Virus record (IMG/VR): IMGVR_UViG_3300012347_000377
Location: 64,001 to 128,000 of that record
Strand: one strand, 5' to 3'
DNA: 64,000 nucleotides
Origin: a virus
Lineage: Duplodnaviria > Heunggongvirae > Uroviricota > Caudoviricetes
Shown: positions 57,505-64,000 of the stretch, in pieces
Position numbering within the stretch: position 1 is the stretch's first letter
How the letters are laid out: each line of letters starts with the position of its first letter
Program-made: the position numbers and the translations under genes
Notes under the pieces: model-generated
Databases searched by the model: none
The model's input: only the letters and a program-made list of their open reading frames with translations
What the model was told of the DNA's origin: nothing

Positions 57505-58049
57505 GTGCACCACAATTCACACCTTACTTAGATGCATTAACTGAAGCAATGAAATTATCGATGGAAGACCCATCTACTATTTTCATCGGTCAGCAAATTG
57601 TGTATTATGGAAATCCAATGAGTAAAACAATCGAAGGTTTACCAAAAGAACGAATGATTGAAACACCGGTAATGGAAGAAACTCAAATGGGAATGAGTGT
57701 TGGATTAGCTATGGCAGGTCATAGAGTTGTTTCATTCTATCCACGTTGGGATTTTCTTATTTGTGCATCAAATCAATTGATAAATCATTTAGATAAATTG
57801 GAAGCAATGTCTGATGGTGAATATTGTCCAAATGTAATTATTAGAGTTGGTAAAGGTGCAGATAAACCACTAGATCCAGGTCATCAACATAAAGCAGATT
57901 ATTCAGACCAATTTGCATCGATGTTACAACATATCCCGGTTATTAAATTAGATTCGGCTGATAAAATTTTACCTGCATATAAACAGGCATTAACTACAAA
58001 CGGCCCAATTATATTAGTTGAATATCCAGAAATGTATTATGAGAATTAA
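57501..58049 (+). CDS. ThDP-dependent E1 beta-like subunit, pyrimidine-binding domain only (182 aa)
   Basis: FIGQ, TPVMEETQMGMSVGLAMAG, FLICASNQLIN, GHQH. Confidence 0.85.
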   Translation: MSAPQFTPYLDALTEAMKLSMEDPSTIFIGQQIVYYGNPMSKTIEGLPKERMIETPVMEETQMGMSVGLAMAGHRVVSFYPRWDFLICASNQLINHLDKLEAMSDGEYCPNVIIRVGKGADKPLDPGHQHKADYSDQFASMLQHIPVIKLDSADKILPAYKQALTTNGPIILVEYPEMYYEN

Positions 58050-59502
58050 AAAGGTATTTGATGTTCAAGGCCCACATGGATTTGTTCCAAACGGATGGAA
58101 TTATAAATACACTAATGATATGTGGGATTATAATTTCATAGTTACTCATGAAACCATTGCTGCATTTAATAAAAACTATGAACAATTATCTGTTTATGAA
58201 TGTAATTTAAATATTTCAACTCATAATATCGATAATCGACATATATCAGAATTAACATTTAATCCATCTGATTCAAAAGTATATGAAAATGGTGAAGCTG
58301 GATTAGTAGTATATACAATACATCCGTTTGGAAGTATTGATACTTGTTTGGGTAATAACTTAAATTATCATCAAAATACTCATTGTTTTGATTTTATTTC
58401 AGAACAATCAAAAGAATATATTCGTAAAGCTTCAAATTATTATTTAATTTTTGATTATAGTAGTGAGGGAGATATAAAACCAGAGTTATTTAAAACTTTA
58501 CATGAAAAATGTATTGAATTAAATATTCCACCAAAAAAGATTTTAGTTATAACATCATCAATGAACACACGTGATTTGTATGATATGTATTTAAAGGATA
58601 ATCCTACTACCGAACAATTTTATACTGCATATTATTGCTGGCCCATTTTACCAAAAAGTGGTGAAACCAGAGATATAATCCAAAACCGAAATGTAATTGA
58701 ATTTAATGGTAATTCGAATGTAAATTCATTAATGAGTTCGGATGAATTTAAAAATGCAACAAATCGAAATAAGAAAGCATTAATTTTCAATAGAAGAGTT
58801 GCATCACATAGAGTAATACTTTTAAGTTTATTACATAATGATAATTTAATAGATAATGTAGATTATTCAATTGATTTATCATTATCGGTAATAAAAAATA
58901 TCGGATTAGATTTGGCACATGATACTGGATATAATGGAGAGCCTTATCTAAAGAATGATAGAGTAAAAAGTAATATGATAAATGGATTTTTTAAATTAAA
59001 CAAAATCAATAAAAAAACCATTGATTACGAAGATATAAATGGAGTATGGGGATTCGGATTTGAGAATAAAAGAAATTATTTAAATACTTATTTTAGTGTA
59101 ATAACCGAAACTATATTTTATGAATATGGAAATTATATTTCAGAAAAATCGTTTAAAGGTCTAGCACACTTACATCCGTTTGTCATAGTTGGTAAACCGG
59201 GAATATTGAAATATCTAAAATCAAAAGGATTTAAAACATTTTCAGATTTTTGGGATGAGAGTTATGATGAAATTGAAGATAATTCCGATAGAATGGAATC
59301 GGTATATAAAACCATAAAATCATTAATTGAAAAAACAAATGAAGAATGGGATGAGTTGAATACTAAATTATTACCAATATTAGAACACAATCGAAATACT
59401 TTAATAACAATTAAAGAAACGGAAGTAAACACAACATATATTAATAACCTTTATAAATTATTTAATGATGAACCTAATACAGAAAATTTTTACTTATTTT
59501 AA
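58039..59502 (+). CDS. putative glycosyltransferase, GT10-like (paralog 4)
   Basis: FNRR..SHR, VITET, YISEKSFKG..HLHPFVI.G, GFKTFSDFWDESYD; ATG 58039 preferred. Confidence 0.55.
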   Translation: MRIKKVFDVQGPHGFVPNGWNYKYTNDMWDYNFIVTHETIAAFNKNYEQLSVYECNLNISTHNIDNRHISELTFNPSDSKVYENGEAGLVVYTIHPFGSIDTCLGNNLNYHQNTHCFDFISEQSKEYIRKASNYYLIFDYSSEGDIKPELFKTLHEKCIELNIPPKKILVITSSMNTRDLYDMYLKDNPTTEQFYTAYYCWPILPKSGETRDIIQNRNVIEFNGNSNVNSLMSSDEFKNATNRNKKALIFNRRVASHRVILLSLLHNDNLIDNVDYSIDLSLSVIKNIGLDLAHDTGYNGEPYLKNDRVKSNMINGFFKLNKINKKTIDYEDINGVWGFGFENKRNYLNTYFSVITETIFYEYGNYISEKSFKGLAHLHPFVIVGKPGILKYLKSKGFKTFSDFWDESYDEIEDNSDRMESVYKTIKSLIEKTNEEWDELNTKLLPILEHNRNTLITIKETEVNTTYINNLYKLFNDEPNTENFYLF

Positions 59503-59596
59503 GAATAAGAAAGCAGAAAAGCAAAGAAAAGAATTATATAGAAAAAAATTAGAAGAACTTAGAAAACGTGACCCGTTTGTCTATAAAAATCACTAA
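59468..59596 (+). CDS. 42-aa basic hypothetical protein (not in ORF track)
   Basis: MNLIQKIFTYFKNKKAEKQRKELYRKKLEELRKRDPFVYKNH; amphipathic then charged helix; fills gap. Confidence 0.55.
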   Translation: MNLIQKIFTYFKNKKAEKQRKELYRKKLEELRKRDPFVYKNH

Positions 59597-59610
59597 TTCT
59601 AATCTTTATC

Positions 59611-59619
59611 ATATTTATA
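59611..59619 (+). promoter_or_regulatory. putative late promoter ATATTTATA
   Basis: 23 nt before ATG 59643, GAGG in between. Confidence 0.65.
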
Positions 59620-59642
59620 TACTCGACGAGGTATATTAAAAT

Positions 59643-62600
59643 ATGAGCACATTATCTACATTTTTAGCAGAACAAATATTATTAGAGGAATCTACTCCCA
59701 TAAAAAAGACAGTTGTCGTTTATGTGGGTAGATTTCAACCATTTCATAAAGGCCATTACGCAACGTATTCAAATCTTGTAAAAAAGTTTGGAAAAGATAG
59801 TGTATTTATCGGAACATCTAATAAAACCGAAAAGCCAAAATCTCCTTTTAATTTTAGAGAAAAAAAACAAATAATGACAACTATGTTTGGTATTCCATCA
59901 AACAAAATAGTTGAAGTTAAAAATCCATATGCTCCAACTGAAATACTTAAAAATTTCGATGAGGAAACAACTGCATTTGTAACGGTAGTTGGTGAAAAGG
60001 ATAGTAGTAGATTGGGTGGTAAGTATTTTGCTAAATGGGATGGACATCCAACTGAAGGATATAAAACCAAAGGATATGTGTATGTTTCACCTGCATTAAG
60101 TTCAATTAGTGGAACTGATGTAAGAATTGGATTAAGTAATGGTTCAGAAGATCAAAAACAAAACTTCTTTACCGATACTGCATATCCAAAATTCAATAAA
60201 CAAATATTTAAATTAATTTCAGATAAATTAACAGAAGCAATAACCTTACCGGTTGAAGTAGGTGATACTCTTTTGATGGGTAAATTTAAGAACAAAAAAG
60301 TTGTTGTTAAAACCATTGGAACTGATGAACATGGTATGCCAACTATTAATGGTAAAAAAGTAGTGACATTTAGAATGATTAAAGAAGGAACGCAGATATT
60401 TTTCGAAGATGAGAATGAAGATGCTAAATATACTCATATTGGGTATGGTAGATACAAATTAAAAGGTAAGGAAGATGATGATAAATCTCCTACGTTTACC
60501 AAAGATGATAGTGGTAAGTATATTCAATCACAAACTCAAACAAACGAACCTAAACAAGATACTCCGCAGGGAACTGCAGTTAAAGGGGCAAAGATGTTCG
60601 CTCATGATCCAAATGTTAAACAACCAACAACTACCGAACCAACTAATAAAGATTGGACTGATGGTAAGGATGGGTGGGAAATATTAGATGACCCTAGATC
60701 AAAAGTAAAAAACATTAGAAAATACACCGATGAAGAACTTCAAGGTGAAACTAGTGAATATTTTGATAATGAAGTGACTAAAAAAGTTGCACCAAATGCA
60801 TTTACCGATGAATCTGATATGATTCAACAAATTAAAGATGCAAAACCGGTTTATTTATCATCTGAAGAAATGCAAAATATGAATAACTCCGATATGAGTG
60901 ATATTCTTTCTGCAAGTGAAAATGGTGGTAAAGATGCAATGTTAAAATTGGGTAAAGAACGTGCTACTAAATATGGTAAAGATTGGGATAGATTGGAAAG
61001 AGGTATTGCTAAAGGAAATGCAGTTCCATCACCAATTGTATTAAAAGATAAAACTGGTCAATTACATTTATTAGCAGGAAATACTCGTCTAATGTCATTT
61101 ACTGCAAGTGGTAAAAAATTACCCGTAAAGATTATCAATTATGATGGTGAATTTCAATATGAAAATTCCGATTCTAAAAAAACTGATGTAAGTAAATACA
61201 GCATCAAAAATTTAAAAAGAAAAATTAGTGGTTGGGCTGAAAAAGAAAGAGAATTCTTTACTAAAAATCAACAAAGACCAAATTCCGAAGTTCGTAGAAC
61301 TATTGGTGAAATGATTGCCGATAAAACTAAAGGAGCAATTCAAGCAATTAAAAAGATTGCACAACACGAAATTAAAGAATTTAAAGAGGCAGGAGTTGGT
61401 GCAGCAAAATTCTTCAAAGGAGAAGAATTAACCGATGAAGATAAAAAGGCTCTAAAAGCAATTGCTATAAAAGTAGCCACAACTGCTTTATTTGGAGCAG
61501 TGACCGGTGGAGCATCACATGGAGCAATTGCATTTGGAAAACACGTTGCAATTGAATTAATTCCTCACGTAGTTGGTGAAACTATTTTGAAGGGAATAGG
61601 TAAGGCTGCGATATTTGCAGGTGTAGATGAAGAAAACGAAGAAATGTATTTACAGAAATTTGGTGAATTGATTGCTAAAAATATGCAAGAAATGAAAATA
61701 CCAAGTGATATTCTTCAAAAATCAATTATGACTTACGAAAGTGAAGGTGAGAAAGAAGAACAATCAGTTAGTGAAAAATATCTAAGTGATTTCAGTAAAG
61801 TTGTTAAGGAAATGATTGATGAAGAAACTGAATTACAACAAAATGAAATGAGTAAATCTCAATTAAATCAAGTTGAAAAATACGCAGAGAAACAATTATC
61901 ACCCGAAGATATTGAATTTACAAATCATTTCTTTGATAGAGTTAATGATGCTAGAAATGGAAAAGAAATTTCGGATGCAGAATTGACTGGGTTTTTCAAA
62001 AGATTAGCACGTCATAAAAAGGAATTTAAAGAATTCTTAGAAAAGTTCCATCAGATTGTTGTTAAAGATAAAAGAAACGATATAAATATTCCATTTGTTA
62101 AACAATCCAACCATATCATTGCTAAAACGGTAATGAGAAAGGGTGATTTCAAATCAACAAATCAAACTTTAACAATTGAAGATAAAATTCCTGGTGGCAA
62201 ATCTACTGGTATGAATTTATATGATATAGCAAATTATCATAATTGTGATATTGATGAATTATCAAATCAATTACAGATTGGTATTAAAGTAGAAATGGAA
62301 CACACTTCAGATAGAAAAATTGCTGAAGAAATTGCAATGGATCATTTATATGAAGACCCTAAGTATTATACTAAACTTGCTACTATTGAAACTGAAGATA
62401 CTATATCTGAAATCAGTGCAATGGGGGGTTCGTTCCAAAACGATGGAAACGCAACAACTGGTAATTCATGGAATGATGATTGGAGTGATTATGATAATCA
62501 AGATTACTATTTAGATAATTTAGAAGGTTGGTCAACATATAGTGATAATCCATCTGAATATGAAAAGAAAAAATCAACCGATCAAGTATTACCTATCCAT

Positions 62601-64000
62601 AATCATAATCATGATAAGACATCAAAATATGATCGTATCTTAAAATATGGGTATAAAGAACCATTAGAACAATTAAAAGATTTTGATACGAAAATAACTG
62701 AAGCATATACAAAAGGACAATTATTTGCGGGTAATCTTAAAATAAGTGGAGTAGTAGTTCCAATTGAAGTAGAATTAGTTGGTGCAGATAATAAAAAGAA
62801 TGCGTTTATCACTAAGGTAATTAATATTGATAAAAAGTATTTGAGTAAATTACCATCAAATGGTATATTAGAAATACCAGCAAGAATATTCCGTTTTACG
62901 GGAGGTTGGAGAAAAATAAAAACTCCATCTGTATTTGAATCGATATTAACTGAAGGTGGAGCATATGGTCATATGAACCATCCATTTGATACTGATATTA
63001 ATTTAACGTTTGGTCAATTAAAAGATATTGTAAATCGTGCATTAGATGGTGAGTTAGAACTTGCTAGAGAGAAAACTGATGGACAGGCACTTGCAATTAG
63101 CTGGGTAGGTGGAAGATTAGTTGCTGCTCGTAATAAAGGACACTTAAAAAATAGAGGTGCGGGTGCATTAGATATAAAAGGTGTTGCGGATAAATTTACT
63201 GGTAGAGGAGAATTAGAGAAAGCTTACAACTTTGCAATGCAAGACCTTAGTAAGGCTATAAAAGCACTTTCTGAAAAACAAAGAGAGAAGATTTTTAAGA
63301 ATGGTGCTTGTTTTATGAACATTGAGGTAATATACCCAACATCAGTCAATGTAATCCCATACGGACAACCTCTATTAGTATTCCACGGAACAATGGAATA
63401 TGATATGGAAGGTAATGCAATTGGGGAAGACCAACAATCAGGTAAGATTTTAGGTGGTATGATTAAACAAGTAGAACAAAACGTTCAGGCTAATTATACT
63501 TTACAAGGCCCACCGGTTCTATCATTACCAAAATCACAAAACCTTTCATCTAAAAAAGGTGAATACAATTCGAAAATCTCAAAATTACAAAAAGAATTTG
63601 GATTAGGAGATACTGCCGGTGTTGCCGAATATCACCAAGCATGGTGGGAAAACTTTGTAGATAAGAAATCACCATTGAAGTTAGATAATAACACTAAAAT
63701 GGGATTGGTTAAGAGATGGGCGTTTGGTGATAAAGGATTTAGAATAGATGCTAAAAATATAACAGATACTAAAGTGTTAGATTGGGCTACTAAAATTGAT
63801 AAAGAAGATCAAGGAAAAATCACTAAAGAAAATTTAATGAAATTTGAAGATATTTTCTTAGGAGTAGGTGCAGAAGTTCTCTCATTCACATCATCAGTAT
63901 TGACTGTTAATCCAGACAAGGCTGTTAGAGATATGAAAAAGAGATTAGACCAAACTATTAGTGATGTTAAGAAATCGGGTGACCCTAAAAAGATTGAAAA
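59643..64000 (+). CDS. giant multidomain protein, 3'-truncated (>1452 aa; not in ORF track): NMNAT-like, ParB-like, RNase-like, DUF5661-like, ligase-like (DUF6267-like)
   Basis: Translated by hand with no stop to the window end; GRFQPFHKGH (59727), LLAGNTRL (about 61070), FTNHFFDRVND (61917), GIKVEMEH...DHLYEDPKYY (62280-62370), EKTDG (63069). Confidence 0.9.
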   Translation, partial: MSTLSTFLAEQILLEESTPIKKTVVVYVGRFQPFHKGHYATYSNLVKKFGKDSVFIGTSNKTEKPKSPFNFREKKQIMTTMFGIPSNKIVEVKNPYAPTEILKNFDEETTAFVTVVGEKDSSRLGGKYFAKWDGHPTEGYKTKGYVYVSPALSSISGTDVRIGLSNGSEDQKQNFFTDTAYPKFNKQIFKLISDKLTEAITLPVEVGDTLLMGKFKNKKVVVKTIGTDEHGMPTINGKKVVTFRMIKEGTQIFFEDENEDAKYTHIGYGRYKLKGKEDDDKSPTFTKDDSGKYIQSQTQTNEPKQDTPQGTAVKGAKMFAHDPNVKQPTTTEPTNKDWTDGKDGWEILDDPRSKVKNIRKYTDEELQGETSEYFDNEVTKKVAPNAFTDESDMIQQIKDAKPVYLSSEEMQNMNNSDMSDILSASENGGKDAMLKLGKERATKYGKDWDRLERGIAKGNAVPSPIVLKDKTGQLHLLAGNTRLMSFTASGKKLPVKIINYDGEFQYENSDSKKTDVSKYSIKNLKRKISGWAEKEREFFTKNQQRPNSEVRRTIGEMIADKTKGAIQAIKKIAQHEIKEFKEAGVGAAKFFKGEELTDEDKKALKAIAIKVATTALFGAVTGGASHGAIAFGKHVAIELIPHVVGETILKGIGKAAIFAGVDEENEEMYLQKFGELIAKNMQEMKIPSDILQKSIMTYESEGEKEEQSVSEKYLSDFSKVVKEMIDEETELQQNEMSKSQLNQVEKYAEKQLSPEDIEFTNHFFDRVNDARNGKEISDAELTGFFKRLARHKKEFKEFLEKFHQIVVKDKRNDINIPFVKQSNHIIAKTVMRKGDFKSTNQTLTIEDKIPGGKSTGMNLYDIANYHNCDIDELSNQLQIGIKVEMEHTSDRKIAEEIAMDHLYEDPKYYTKLATIETEDTISEISAMGGSFQNDGNATTGNSWNDDWSDYDNQDYYLDNLEGWSTYSDNPSEYEKKKSTDQVLPIHNHNHDKTSKYDRILKYGYKEPLEQLKDFDTKITEAYTKGQLFAGNLKISGVVVPIEVELVGADNKKNAFITKVINIDKKYLSKLPSNGILEIPARIFRFTGGWRKIKTPSVFESILTEGGAYGHMNHPFDTDINLTFGQLKDIVNRALDGELELAREKTDGQALAISWVGGRLVAARNKGHLKNRGAGALDIKGVADKFTGRGELEKAYNFAMQDLSKAIKALSEKQREKIFKNGACFMNIEVIYPTSVNVIPYGQPLLVFHGTMEYDMEGNAIGEDQQSGKILGGMIKQVEQNVQANYTLQGPPVLSLPKSQNLSSKKGEYNSKISKLQKEFGLGDTAGVAEYHQAWWENFVDKKSPLKLDNNTKMGLVKRWAFGDKGFRIDAKNITDTKVLDWATKIDKEDQGKITKENLMKFEDIFLGVGAEVLSFTSSVLTVNPDKAVRDMKKRLDQTISDVKKSGDPKKIE

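Noticed and set aside
53009-58049. Pyruvate dehydrogenase as an energy-metabolism auxiliary gene
   Set aside because: Subunits are truncated, no E2/E3, and context is entirely nucleotide-sugar genes
41846-59502. Captured bacterial O-antigen/capsule locus or host chromosome contamination
   Set aside because: No wzx/wzy/wzz or ABC exporter; uses the phage promoter motif and is continuous with phage genes
2540-62812. Short minus-strand and alternative-frame ORFs in the track (e.g. 2540-2776, 6153-6575, 8200-8514, 10454-10726, 22850-23209, 33435-33683, 59756-60070, 62320-62514)
   Set aside because: Shadows of longer motif-bearing genes; low-complexity translations, no promoter or family motifs
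1-64000. Stop-codon reassignment (code 4/15), common in some jumbo phages
   Set aside because: Genes are full length in code 11 with dense packing; stops are mostly TAA, TGA appears at ATGA overlaps and TAG ends 52451 normally

Overview
AT-rich, gene-dense 64 kb segment of a jumbo/huge tailed phage with T4-like (myovirus) gene families; not a bacterial chromosome. Almost everything is on the + strand, standard genetic code; no rRNA, tRNA or CRISPR array seen. Layout: (i) 1-7.3 kb accessory/regulatory genes (2OG-Fe(II) oxygenase, HIGH nucleotidyltransferase, peptide deformylase, gp55-like sigma, NodU-type carbamoyltransferase, Ntn-hydrolase); (ii) 7.4-27 kb baseplate/tail module (gp5-like spike, M15 peptidase and GH19 lysins, gp25, gp6, gp7-like, collar-like proteins); (iii) 27-34 kb sulfotransferase, two GIY-YIG nucleases, primase, Mre11-Rad50 fusion; (iv) 34-41.8 kb tail fibre with S74 chaperone and a BACON-repeat protein; (v) 41.8-59.6 kb glycan-building island (GT4-, GT2-, two GT7-LamG, GT10-like paralogs, methyltransferase, radical SAM, RmlC, three SDR epimerase/reductases, minimal ThDP E1 alpha/beta); (vi) 59643 to the window end, a >1450-aa multidomain ORF missing from the supplied track. 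Host is probably Bacteroidota (TTTG-N20-TAnnTTTG promoters, BACON domains, Q-rule signal peptide). Best leads: a late-expressed glycan island that may make a C2-branched sugar and decorate the virion; a putative protease-processed injected polyprotein (NMNAT-like, ParB-like, RNase-like, ligase-like modules); and an orientation-specific ATATTTATA late promoter that is the reverse complement of the T4 late promoter. All family calls are by eye from motifs; no searches were run.
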